A stretch of 64,000 nt of DNA, taken from Piromyces finnis finn (Eukaryota > Fungi > Neocallimastigomycota). Both the position numbers and the translations under genes were made by a program. Below, one piece after another: positions 1-19,008 of this stretch (positions within the stretch are counted from its first letter, which is position 1; every line of letters starts with the position of its first letter). Under the pieces are notes generated by a model. The model did not search any database. It had not been told where the DNA came from and saw only the letters and a list, made by a program, of their open reading frames with translations. The stretch lies in contig MCFH01000008.1 of the NCBI GenBank assembly GCA_002104945.1, positions 186,001 through 250,000 on the forward strand, in the 5' to 3' direction.

Positions 1-3813
<3,813 letters not shown>

Positions 3814-5115
3814 TTTTAAGAATTATCTATTTATAATACGAAAATAATTTTTTTTTATTATTAGATATAAAAATCCTTGTTTTAATAATAACTTTTAAAA
3901 TTTAAAAGGAAATTATTTGTAATTTTATCATTATATAAATTTTAAATTTCAGGGATTTCAATTTAATTTTCTTCGCATTTCTATGTTATTAAACATTAAT
4001 TTTTGGTTTTATCTTTTTAAATATTTTTACTTTACGTTTACTATATATTTATTATTATAAGTCAAGTAATTTAGAATATATAATGTATTTTTTTTTTTTT
4101 TTATTTAAATTATTGTATTTACTAATATATGAATATTTCTGATAGATAATATAAATATATATATATTTTTTTTTGATAATTTATTAATAAAAAAAAATAA
4201 ATTTATAATAATGAAATATTCCATAATAACATTTATTGAATATTTCATTTATACAAATAAAATTATTTATAATGTATATGTGCGAGAAGGTAAGAATTTA
4301 TAATTATTTACAATTCTAAAAAATTGAAATTTTTAAATGTTGGAAAATGTAAATTTCATTTACATTTCATAAATATTTTAAATTGAATTTACGTTATTAC
4401 CAATATAATTTTTTTATTTTTATTTTCTATTCTTTTTATTTTATTTTATGTTCTGTTTCCTTTTCTATGATTGGCATAACTTGATTTTACATGGTTTTGT
4501 TTTGCCTTTTAATTCCCAAATATTAGATTTAGTATAAATACCTTTAAAAATATATTATTAAATTGTTTTTTTTTTTTTCTTTTCTTTTTCTATTTTATTT
4601 TATTTTTATTTAAACAATTGACTTTTTTCCTTATTTAGTTAATAATATTAAATACAACAAAATAAAAATAATTTAAATTAATGATTTTTAAAAATATCCT
4701 TTAATAAAGGTTTTATAGGTATGTGTCAATTATTATTTTATTATTAATAAAAAAAAAAAAAAAAAAAAGCTGAAGGAATTGATAATTTATTTTGGTAACT
4801 TGTACTACAATAAATTTTTAAAATTTAAAATATTTATAATAAAAAAATTTATTTTACTTTTTTTATTTAAAAACACATTTGAAATGAATTTACCAACTAA
4901 ATAAATAAAATTTAAGAATCCATTATTAAAATAATTTATTTATTGTAAAATCAATTTAAATAAAATAAAACAAATATCAAAAATATATATATATTTAAAA
5001 ATAAATTCAAAATAAGAAAATAAAAGAAAGAAAGAAAGAAAAAAAAAAAAAAAAAACCTCTATAATTCTCTAGAAATTTTATAAAAAAAAAAAAAAATTA
5101 AAATTAAAATTTAAC

Positions 5116-5967
5116 ATGCTTAAACCAAAAATTATTTCCGAAATCTTAAATCAAGTCTTGTCTTCTTCTATAAATACAGCACTGTAATTGCTATAAATTT
5201 TTTTTTCAATATTATCATAAAATAGTATATTATAATAAAATTGATATATTAAATACTTTTTCTTTAAAACTAAATGAATAAAAATGGTTGTTAACTATTT
5301 TATAATCAATATTTATAATGATTATATAGTTTATTTAGTCAAGAAGGTTCATTATTAAGTTATGCAACAAATAAATGCAATAATATCGGTTCACCTATTC
5401 TTGTTTCATTAAGGGATCCTTCAGAACCTTCGAAAATGATTGCAGCTATCAGTTCTAATGTTTGGTCTGTCTATAAAAATAATTGTTCTTTTTGGTTTGA
5501 ACAAAATCAAGATGACTATTTAAATATGATATTTTTGGATTGTGAAGTAAGTTTTTATTTAAAAATATATAATTTTTTTAATATTAAATAATAAAGAAAA
5601 TAATAATGTAATTTTATTTCTACTTAATAATTTAAAATAAAATATGAAATGAAAAACACTATAATTAAAAAAAAATATATATATAGGAAGGAAAAGTTAT
5701 AATATCGCAAGCAGGAAAATTATTAATAGCACTTGTTGGAAATAATGAAACTGAAATTGGTTTATTAAAAATGAAAGTAAATATAAATAACTAATTAATA
5801 ATTCATATTTATATTTAAATTTCTCAATACTTTTAAATAACAATCTATTTATATAAATATATATATTATATTTTCAAATAATAAAAATTAACTATGAAAA
5901 GATGAACACCCTTGTTAAATATTTTAATAATTCATTACAATATGTTGGTGACAGTTCTGATAATTAA
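5116..5967 (+). CDS. LAMTOR2: LAMTOR2 / roadblock-domain Ragulator subunit, 4 exons, ~146 aa (absent from the ORF track)
   Basis: Exons 5116-5183, 5330-5546, 5687-5776, 5902-5967 (441 nt) translate to MLKPKIISEILNQV...LFSQEGSLLSYA...AAISSNVWSVY...IFLDCEEGKVII...LLIALVG..ETEIGLLKMK-MNTLVKYF. This is collinear with animal LAMTOR2 (MLRPKALTQVL, NEGSLLAY, AAIASNIW, MDCMEGRV, VGFGMLKAK). Confidence 0.88.
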
Positions 5968-6639
5968 ATTCTGATAGTTAAACTATTTCTGATAACAAAA
6001 AGAATAAGAAAAAAGAAAAAAAGCATATTAATTTATATAAATATTATAATTATATATACCACTTTACAACGCTATTAAAAATACCTTTGTAAACAATTAT
6101 CAAATAAAAAAAAAAATATTTATATTATTATCAACTAGAAATATTCTCTTCTTTTATATTTACCATATTCTTTTTTACATTTCAATAATTAGTTTGTAAA
6201 AATTTTAAATTTTAATTTTAAAAGAAAAAAACTAAAAATATTAATACTAAAACACTTATATAATGCACAATTACTTTAATACGTTATTTTTATTTTTATT
6301 TTTATTTTATTTATTATTTTTTTTTTTTTTTATTTTGTATTTTTATTTTTATTTATATATATATATTATTTAAACCATAATTTACACCTTTATATATATA
6401 AATTATTATTGAAAGTTAACTTATTTATGTTAATTATATAAATTTTTTTAATTGCTAATATCTGTCAAAGTTTTTTTTATATATATCAAGTGTCTGTTAT
6501 ACTTTTTATTATTTTTAGCTTTTTTAACTTGTAATATATTTTGAAAATTATATTGTTTTTTTTTCTTATGAGTTTATTCTTATATTTATTGATTGTAATT
6601 ATTATTAATTCAGTATATATGGTGTGTGTTTTTTTCAAT

Positions 6640-7786
6640 TTACTTGAATTTTCTGAAAGTTCTTCCACTACATAAAATATAAATAATAGTATAATAAAAA
6701 AGGAAAAAAGAAAAGAAATAGTAGAATAAAGATTTGATTATTGTTAGATTAATAACATAAATATAAATTAAAACTTTATAAATATAAAATATATTTTATT
6801 TAAAAAAACTTACGAAGCTGTCTTCTTTTCAATTTGATCAAGAGCGACTTCTGGCTTAGCTCTGTTCAATACCTTCAAGAAACTATCAACTCTAGCTCTC
6901 ATTCTTGAATGCATATAAGCCTTAGAACACTTAATATGATAATGAAGGTAATCACGGAATAATGGAATGTTGGATATAGTTTGTTCACGAACTGGACCTT
7001 CAGCATAGTGACGTGGGAAAAGAACTATTTATTTTGTTTTAATATTGATTTGTTTGGTTATTTTTAATCATTAATCAGAATAAATTTTATATAATATTTA
7101 AGAGTATATAAATTAATAATAGTAATATTTAGAAAGCATTTATAAAGATAATATTTAAAAATTTTTGACATACCAAAAGTAACATAGTTAATGTCTTCTG
7201 AATCACGTAAATTTAAATTCTTTAATTCAAGTGGTGGTTCTTTACTATATAAAACTTGTGGAGCAGTTTGAACAGATGGTTGTCTTCTAGCATCAGCAAA
7301 TTCCTTTATTTTAAAAAAAAAATATTTTATTTTATATTATTATCATTTATAGATTAGAGTAATAATAATAAATATGAAGAACACGATATTATTGAAAATT
7401 ATTATTAATTATGATATAAAATTATTGAATATTTACTTGTAAGAAAACTTTTCCAAAAATTTTATCAGTATCTTCCTTGAATTCAGTAGAGAAAATTACA
7501 GTAACATGGTCTTGAAGAGCAAAAACAAATATACTTTCATTATTTCTGTATGGAATTTCCATAATTTCAGTAGTTTGTTGATTCTCTTGAGCAATAAATG
7601 CTCTTTCGAATGGAGCTGCAAGAAGATTTCTCTTTAAAAGAGCAAACTTTTTGTATAATGCATCTTTATTATTATTAAAAAATATTGAAATTAATATATT
7701 AATATACTTCATTTCTTTCTTTTTAACTTTAAATCAATTATGAAATTGCACTTTTTATATAAATTGGCTTATGATAACATTCAAAA

Positions 7787-7817
<31 letters not shown>

Positions 7818-8469
7818 ATGTTTCCAGAATGTATATTTTTTACCTCTTTCTTCTTCAGTTGGTGGTAAATCGCTTTGGTTAAGACAAATAGAGAAATCAT
7901 AACCAGTTTCTGGATCAACGATGTATGGTCCATATTCTCTACTTAAAACTTCATTAGCTCCAAATTTAACAAGTTGAGAAAATCCATTCATTAAAATAGA
8001 TAAAACAACATAACCTTCCTTCTTGGAAGATGTTAAGTGGTATACAACACCATCAAGATCGGCTAATTCTTCAGTGATATTATCGCTCTTTTCATCAGTA
8101 CTGTTTATTTTTATAAAATTCACATTTCAAAATAAAATTTTTGTTATGACAGATCATATAATAGTTATTATTTTTAAATTATTGTTTTTATTATTATTTT
8201 ATTAGAAGGATTTTCAATAGTAATAATTATAATAATATAGATATAAATTATATTAAAATGTTAATTTTAAATTATGTATTATTTTTGTCTTCTGTTTATA
8301 TTGAATTTAATAAATAACCATATGTTTTAAATATATTAATAAATATTAAATGTGATTAATGTTTAAATTTCTATATATATTTATCAGGTTTTGTTTATTT
8401 AATGAATCATACATTATATTTATTTTTTTTTTTTTTTCTGTTGTTGTTGTCAATGTCATTATATATATA

Positions 8470-8507
<38 letters not shown>

Positions 8508-8843
8508 GGAATTGAATTTTTAATATAATATATATTATTTTTTTTTCATACATTTTTCTAATTATATTACTAATCTTTACTTTTTAATTGAAAAATAAAT
8601 ATAATAAAATATCACCCTTGGATTTATTTTACTACTTTTGTTTATACATGATTAAACATTTCTTGAATTTTTAAAAAATTCATTTGTCGTAGTACCCTCT
8701 TTTTTTTTTTTTTTTATTGTTATTTATAAAGTAAAACAATGAATTATTTCTAAAGTATAAAACTTTCATTTCTTTAAAAATTACCTAGAGAAAGCTTGAG
8801 CAATCTTTTCATAAATAATCTTATTATGAACTTCTAATAAAAT

Positions 8844-8846
<3 letters not shown>
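6640..8846 (-). CDS. ARPC2: Arp2/3 complex 34 kDa subunit, multi-exon
   Basis: First exon 8846-8785 [20 protein letters not shown]. Later exons give [105 protein letters not shown] and KKTASGRTF, all ARPC2 motifs. Confidence 0.95.
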
Positions 8847-8874
<28 letters not shown>

Positions 8875-9644
8875 CTTCTTCTTCTTTATTTTTTTTTTTT
8901 TTTATTTATTAACAATGAATTAACAATAACCAAAGTATTTTTAACAAATAAATTTAAAAATTAAATAATTTAAAAATTAAATATTAAAATAAATAATAAT
9001 TAAATTATTATAAAATTTAATTAAAATTTTGTAAAGTTATTATTTTTTGCTAATTCAAATTTTTTAAAATTTTAATAAGAAATAAATACATTACAAAAAC
9101 GTAATGTAAAAATATTTACATTCGTAATATACTTTGGAAATAAGTTTTATAATGAATAATTATGTAAGCCCTTTTCCATATAATCCGAAATAAATATGAC
9201 AAATTTAAAAATATAGACATAAAACTAGTATCCTCTTCAAAAATAATTATTTTGTTTTATAATAATATAATAATCTCTATTTTAATATATAAAATTAAAA
9301 AAAAAAAGGTTAACTAACAAGTATATACTATTTAATAATATAATGTTTCAACAAATATTATTAATGTAATAGGATAACACAATAAATATCATTCATTCAT
9401 TATACTTTTGATAACACAATAAATATCATTCATTTATTATACTTTTTTTTTTAATTTTTTTTTTTATTCTTTATTTATTTCAATTTTATTTATTTTATAT
9501 TTTTTTATGTTTTTTGGATATATTATTTATGACATGGTTGAAATTCGCGAGCTCATGTACGAATCATAATATTCTTCATCCAAAGTTTTGGTATATTATG
9601 AAGAATGGATATTTTTATAAATTGTTACATAATTCGCTTTATAT

Positions 9645-10096
9645 TTACTTTGCATTCTTAATTTTATTGTATTCATCATTATTTATAACCTTATTGAATA
9701 TTATTAATAAACATATAATTATTAATATTATTAATTAATTATTAATATGCATTATTAATATTAAAACTCTATATTTTTATATTTAATTTTATATTTACTT
9801 GAATTTTGTTTCCTTGTTGTTGTCTTGGTTCATAAGCTTCTTCGTAGTTTTTGATTTCATCATCAATGGAACCCCAGTTACCTTTACCGGCACCACCCTT
9901 GTTTGGAGAGCCTCTAAGATCTCTGAGACCACATCTATTTTAGTTTTAAATTATAAAGATTAATATTTTTATAATAATTTCTTTTTTGGAGGGTTTTCTA
10001 TATTAGATTGAAAGAAAAAAAAATTATAAAAAGTAATATTAACCTTTGTAAGTGCTTATCTTGACCAGAAACTGGAATGTGCTTAGTCTTAGTCAT
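9645..10096 (-). CDS. Small Stf2/Tma10-HABP4(PAI-RBP1)-like basic protein, copy A, 3 exons, ~77 aa (absent from the ORF track)
   Basis: Exons 10096-10044, 9934-9799, 9689-9645 give MTKTKHIPVSGQDKHLQRCGLRDLRGSPNKGGAGKGNWGSIDDEIKNYEEAYEPRQQQGNKIQVINNDEYNKIKNAK. KGGAGKGNWG is the hallmark of the HABP4/Stm1/Stf2 family. Codon usage is coding-like and a close paralog lies at 13106. Confidence 0.75.
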
Positions 10097-13000
10097 TTTG
10101 TTTTTTAAAGATTTTTTATATTATATTTATTTATAATATTTTATTTTTGAAATATTACTTTTTTTAATTATATATATAATTAAAAATTGTTTTTAAAATA
10201 ATAAAATAAAATTAGTACTTTTTGTTCCTTTTTATTCTTTTTCCCATATATTTATTTAATCCGTTTTTAAATTGTATTTAATTTTTTTAAATAATACATT
10301 TGATTAAAATGAAATGATATATAATATACTTAAAATAATAAATTTAAAATAATGAATATATTTAGTTCATATAATTATATATCATCATCTATTTATATAA
10401 TATTTTAATTATAACTTCAATACTTTTTAAAGTTTAATGATGCTGACCCAATATTTCAAATTAAATTTTAAGAAAAGTTTATTACTAAACTTTAATTAAC
10501 AAAATATAATATTTTGATACTATATAATGACATTTGAAAGGTATGTTGTTTAATTATTTAAAAAAATATATAAACTTTAATAAATTATAATTATAATTTA
10601 TTTTATTGTAATTTTTAAAAAGAAATAAAAATATGTGATATATCACTATTAATTTTAAAAAAAGTTTAAAATTAGATTTTGTAATTTTTTTACTTAAAAG
10701 ATAGCTAATAAAAGGCATTACTAACATTATTAAATCACACCTAATTATATAAAATTAGCATTACAAAAAAAAAAAAAAAAAAAAACAATTTGAAAAATTG
10801 CCATAAATAATACAATTATTATAAATGACACAAATTAAACATATTCTAATATATGGTTATGAAAATATATATAATAATTATAAATGTTAAAAATATTTAC
10901 AAGCGTTAATTATGAAAAAAAAAAATCTATGAAAATCTTAATAAACTTTAGAAGATATATTAAATGTAATTAATAAATATAAATTCTATATTTTATTGAA
11001 AACTTTAGGATTGATCACAAGCACCATTAAAAATATCAATAAACAAAATGGATTTTAAATAATATTTCAAAAAAAAAAAAAAAAAAAAATTGATGGCATT
11101 GGGATATTTTGTTTAATTTCTTATTTTTAAAAAAGAAAAAGTTTTTCGTTATATGTAAAACATTCTATTCTATTCTATTTATTTTTTTTACCCATCTTCA
11201 TAAGTAATATATTTAAATACCATCTACTATTTTTAAATGATGTATTTTAATTATGAAAGTTAAATAACTATTATTATTAAATAATTGCCATTTAGCCATT
11301 ATTGAAAGTAAATTAAAAAAAAAATATATATATATATATATATTATATAGTATTTGATTTAATATGGAATATCATTATTTCTTTAAAAGGTATTAAATAT
11401 AACTTTAATATTTATTAAAAAGAATTAGCTTTCACTATAATAAAACTATAATAATTAGAGTTTTTACGGTTATATATGTTACATATCATATTTTTATAGC
11501 AAAATTTTGTGTTAATTCTGTATTGTATAAACATTTTATTTTCTTAATACAATAAAAAGAAGAGAATAAATAAAATAAAACAAATATGAATATTCTATTA
11601 TAATATCACTTGTTATTCAAAGATTAATATTTCTTCCTATTAAATTATTTTAAAAAAAAAGATTAAAGTAATAATAAAATTTTATGATTGTTCTTGTGAT
11701 TATTAAGTTTATATAAAAAATATTAATTTTTAAAAAAAAAAAGTCCTTTTTTTTTATTATTGAAAACGGTTTGTTTTTAAATGAATTTTATAATACATCA
11801 TTCAATAAAGTGAATAAAATATATAGTAACAAAAATGGATTTATGTGATAATATATTTTTTTAACCTTTTAATAGTATAAAAATTATATATTGAATATAT
11901 ATTATTAATCTATAATCTATTCACAATGAAATAATAAAAAAACAGGATTTTAAATTATGACAAATTATAATAACTATTAAAAATAAGATTATTCATCTTA
12001 AATATATATTTACACCGCTTATAAATACTAATTGTGATATATAATAAATTCAATCATTTCATTCTTTATTTAAATCCATAGATTTATCCATTTATTATTA
12101 AATATATATGAATAATAATAATAAAAGACATTGCACTTTAATAGTCTTTTACTTATTTCTATAGAATAAAAACTTTAATAATAATTAAAATGATGATTCT
12201 ATTTTATTTTTTTTTTTTTTTTTTTTAATTAAAAATGCTAGTTGATGGTTGATTTATATAATAAAATAAGATATTTTGTTACTATTTTTTGTTTGTTTGT
12301 TTGTTTGTTTGTAATAAATAATTTTTAATTAATTATATTTCATGATCATATTATCATCACACTCTCTCTCTACTGCAAAGTATAATCTATAAAGAAAAAA
12401 AAGATAGCGATTTAATTTTTTATTACCTCCATATTAAGTTATATGGGTTTAGCTTAATTGAACATAAGAAAATAATTAAACGTAATATATAAAACTTCTA
12501 TAATTATATATATTAGTATTTATCACATGAACTTAATAATCCGTATGATCATTCACTAATATTTTTATTATTAAATAAAAATGTTAAAAATTATATTTTA
12601 ATTAAAATCTAATAACATTTAATTTTTAACCTTTAATACCATTGGTTAAAATCTTTTTATTTAATAAATTTCTTTTTTTAAAATAGAATGTGACAAGAAG
12701 TAAGAAACCGTCAAACTATTATTAAAAAAAAACCATTTAATAATAATATAAAAAAAGTATATAAAGAGCTGAGATTTTACTTTTAAATTCAATTATTCAT
12801 TGAATTCAATATCAAAAAAAAAAAAAACAATAATAATAATAAAATCATTTCTAAAAACACTTTTTTATATTATAAAAAAAAAGCAAATAGTCTTAATCAT
12901 TAAACAAAACTATTCCTAAATAATAATAATAAAAAAAACATAAAAGAATAGCAAGAAACAAATAGTTTAATTACACCGAAAAAAAAAAAGCAATAAGAAT

Positions 13001-13105
13001 TCAAAGAAAAGGTCTATCTTTTTAATTACACCAAAAAAAAAAAAGCAGTAAGAATTTAAAGAAAAAATCTATCACTTTAACAATAAATTTTACTTTTAAT
13101 AAAAA

Positions 13106-13315
13106 ATGACCAAGACTAAACACATTCCATACAGTGGACAAGATAAACACTTACAAAGAGGAGGTTTAAGAGATCTCAGAGGCTCTCCAAATAAAAATGG
13201 TGCCGGTAAAAGAAACTGGGGTTCAATTGGAGATGATATTTTAAATTATGAAGATGCCTATATTCCAAGAGGACAAGTTGAAAATAAGATTCAAGTAAAT
13301 AATCGTTATGTCTAA
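13106..13315 (+). CDS. Small Stf2/Tma10-HABP4-like protein, copy B (3' end uncertain)
   Basis: ORF MTKTKHIPYSGQDKHLQRGGLRDLRGSPNKNGAGKRNWGSIG... matches copy A at 51 of the first 63 residues (manual count). Confidence 0.7.
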   Translation: MTKTKHIPYSGQDKHLQRGGLRDLRGSPNKNGAGKRNWGSIGDDILNYEDAYIPRGQVENKIQVNNRYV

Positions 13316-13843
13316 AACAATATAACTTTTTTTTTTTTTTTTTAATTCAAATTAACTAATTATTTTTATTTTATTTTTTCTATTATTAATTTATACAGAT
13401 AATATAAAAAAAAAAAAAATCTCCATAAACCTTATAAATTTAAAATTTATCTGAAAAATGCATTAATAAATATTTATGGTTTTTTACACCACCTGTTATT
13501 TCTATCGATATCTTTTTTTTTTTTTTAATTCATTCCTTATAAAAAAAAATATATGAAAAATATATGTATATTTATTCATGTAATATAAAAAAAATTGTAA
13601 ATAATGAAAAAATAAAAATTTATAAAAATAAAAATTTATAATAATATAATTCTATAACATATTTTAGAAATTGATTTAAAGTAGCTTAATTATTTAATTA
13701 AAAATAAGTTAGCACATTAAAGTTTAGCTTTTTTTTTTTTTAAAAAAAAATTTTTTTATATATTACTTCTTTTTTATATTCTATTCTAATAATTCTATTT
13801 TTAAATGATTTATCTTATATTTTGATAAATAATAAAAGATAGA

Positions 13844-16292
<2,449 letters not shown>

Positions 16293-16539
16293 TCTATTTG
16301 GTTTTGAATATATAAAATTTAATCTGGTGATATTAGTAATAATATTAATAAATAATATTATTAATATTTCAATAAACTTATTCAATTTGGTAATAAAATA
16401 GTAATTTTTAAAAAATTAAAGAACTAACTGTGCTTATTATCTTTATATGAAAAGAAATATAAAGAATGAATGAAATTAGCTTTCATAAATTCCATTAATA
16501 ATAAAAAATTCTATGAAAAAATACAATAAATTGGATATG

Positions 16540-16547
16540 ATCACGTG
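16540..16547. promoter_or_regulatory. Candidate bHLH E-box (ATCACGTG) in the BPL1/PEX3 divergent promoter
   Basis: Exact RTCACGTG (Cbf1/USF/SREBP-type) in very GC-poor intergenic DNA. Function is untested. Confidence 0.3.
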
Positions 16548-17284
16548 CATATTCTCTATTACAAAAATTGATAAACGTTGATATGTACTATCCAAACAAA
16601 TAAATGAATAGAACACAATTAACATTTAATAAAATTCCTCTTTTATTATTAGACATTTATTTAATAGTATCAAAGTTATTTACTATTGTTTTTATTATTA
16701 TTATCTATGTGTGTTATAAAGCATTACTCTTACTATTACTACTACGTGTGTTATTAAACATTAATTATTATATTTAATTACTAATTAGTATTTTTGTGTA
16801 TCATTCAATATTAATAAATATATTAGAATATATTAATAATATAATATTCTATATAATTAATAATTTATAATTTTTTAAATTTTTTTATTTTTCAGATTAT
16901 GCTTTTTTTTAAAAAAAAAATTAAATAAAAAAAAAAAAGGAAAAAAGAAGATAACAATTAAACTGGAAATTGTGAAAGGATAAAATAACAAAAGGAACAG
17001 TTCTTTTTCAAATAAAAAGCATAGTAAAATAAGTCCAATAGGAAACTGAAATTGAAGGAAACTTTTCAATATCCATAATCTATATATACCAATTTTTTGA
17101 ATAATTTTTTAATTCATATAATTTCTATAGAATATATAAAAAGTAAATATATTTAATTCTATCGTACAAAATTTATATAAATAATATTATCAATAAGATT
17201 TTAAAATTGTTAAAAAAAAAAAAAAAGTAAATACTTATTTAGAAACATTATAATTTTATCATAAAAATAATATTTTTAATACAG

Positions 17285-18547
17285 ATGTCAGATTTAATAG
17301 AAACAATAAAAAAATTTGTTCAAAACAATAGAAAAAAAATTTTTGTTACAACAGGTATCTTTGGAGGTGTTTATTTAATTGGTAGATTTGCCAAAGGTAA
17401 ACTTGTAGAACTCCAACAAACTATGGCTTTAGATCAAATTACAAGAGAAAATATTAAAAAAAGATACCAAAGAAATCAATTTGATTGTTTAACTACTACT
17501 GCAAATTTCCTTCCAATATTATTAGAAGAAATTTCATCAACATACAATGTAGAAATAATTACTGCAAAATTACAACATACAAAAAATACAAGTTCCCAAA
17601 TTAATCCAGAAGATCCAGAACAAGATTTAGAAAAAATCCAAAAATTAGAAAAAAAGACTAAAAGAGAATTATGGGAAGAATTGAAAATAATGTCCTTTAC
17701 TCGTTTAATAGCATCAGTATATATTATAAATTTAATTTCTTTATTTACTTATCTCCAAATTAATTTAATTGGTAGATATGTTTATATTGATAGTGTTATA
17801 ACATTAAATCATAATAAAACTGAAAGTAATAGTAGTACTTCAGAAAGAGAAAAAAACCTTAGTGATGATTCAACTAAAGGTTTAAGTACTGAAATTCAAG
17901 CTAAATATCTTGCTTTTTCATATTATTTAATTCATGTCGGTTGGAAAGAATTAGCCGAAAAAGTTAGAGAAGAAACTGAAAAAGAAATCGGTCCATTAAT
18001 GCTTAATGGAAAAATTACTTTTGAAAATTTAATTGAAATCTTCAATAAAATACGTTCTAATATTGAAGAAACAGCTTCACCTTCTTCTAAATCTAAAAAA
18101 TCCAAAAATATGAATAAAAACTTAAATATGACTAGTTATATTATTAATAACGAAAAATATGATAATGACATTTTAGCCACTGTTACTAGTGATCCAAAGG
18201 TTGTCATTGATGATGAATTAAAGAATTTATTAAATGAAACTCGTGATATATTAGAAAGTGAAGATTTTTCAGCAGTATTATCTTCATGCTTAAATGATTC
18301 ATTTGAAAGTCTCTTTATGATTTTAAAACCAACTTTCATTGATACTCAAAATATGGATGCTAATTCAGCAGATACCACTAATGCCCCAACTAAAGAAATA
18401 TTATTAGCCCAAATGCTTCCATTTATTACAAAATCTCTATATACTGTATTCTATGGTGTACCAAATCCATTTTTAGAAATTATAAAAGACAATATGATGC
18501 AACAAAGATTTTCTGCCATTATATATTCTTCTTTTGAAAATAATTAG
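17285..18547 (+). CDS. PEX3: Peroxin-3, peroxisomal membrane biogenesis factor, single exon, 420 aa
   Basis: N-terminal basic stretch plus anchor (NNRKKIFVTTGIFGGVYLIGRF), RENIKKRYQRNQFDC, KRELWEELKIMSFTRLIASVY, LQINLIGRYVY and C-terminal FSAIIYSSF, matching the Pex3 family pattern. Confidence 0.9.
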   Translation: MSDLIETIKKFVQNNRKKIFVTTGIFGGVYLIGRFAKGKLVELQQTMALDQITRENIKKRYQRNQFDCLTTTANFLPILLEEISSTYNVEIITAKLQHTKNTSSQINPEDPEQDLEKIQKLEKKTKRELWEELKIMSFTRLIASVYIINLISLFTYLQINLIGRYVYIDSVITLNHNKTESNSSTSEREKNLSDDSTKGLSTEIQAKYLAFSYYLIHVGWKELAEKVREETEKEIGPLMLNGKITFENLIEIFNKIRSNIEETASPSSKSKKSKNMNKNLNMTSYIINNEKYDNDILATVTSDPKVVIDDELKNLLNETRDILESEDFSAVLSSCLNDSFESLFMILKPTFIDTQNMDANSADTTNAPTKEILLAQMLPFITKSLYTVFYGVPNPFLEIIKDNMMQQRFSAIIYSSFENN

Positions 18548-19008
18548 AAATAAAGGATAAAAAGAAATATATATATATATATACAAATATATTTTTATTT
18601 ATGAACAATTTTTCTTAAAAATAAAATAAAATAAAATAAAATAAAATAAAAAAAAAATAGTTTAAAACAAGGTATATCAATAAAATAAAATAATAATAAT
18701 AATAATAATAATAATAAAGCATATAAATAAAAATAAATAATAAAGTATTGAAATGATATTAAATATAACAAGTATCAAATAAATTTTTATTAATGATATT
18801 AGAGAAATATATAAAAATATATTTATATAAATTAAACAAGGATTAAAGTAAATAAATGAATGAATAATTAAAAATTAAAAAAATTATAAAAAAAAAAAAA
18901 GAAAGAGAAAAAGATATTCATGTAGTAATTTTTGAATAATATAATATTATAATATATTTATTAATATTTTATAATTTATAAAAAAAAAAAAAAAGAGTTA
19001 ATCATTAT

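Noticed and set aside
9373-9446. 37-bp tandem duplication (GATAACACAATAAATATCATTCATT..)
   Set aside because: It has only two adjacent units with no spacers, so it is a slippage product and not a CRISPR-like array.
9514-9738. 74-aa plus-strand ORF and the CpG-rich patch AAATTCGCGAGCTCATGTACGAA
   Set aside because: The ORF overlaps the last exon and 3' flank of paralog A antisense and has no motif. The patch only loosely resembles a polylinker, so there is no real evidence of vector contamination.
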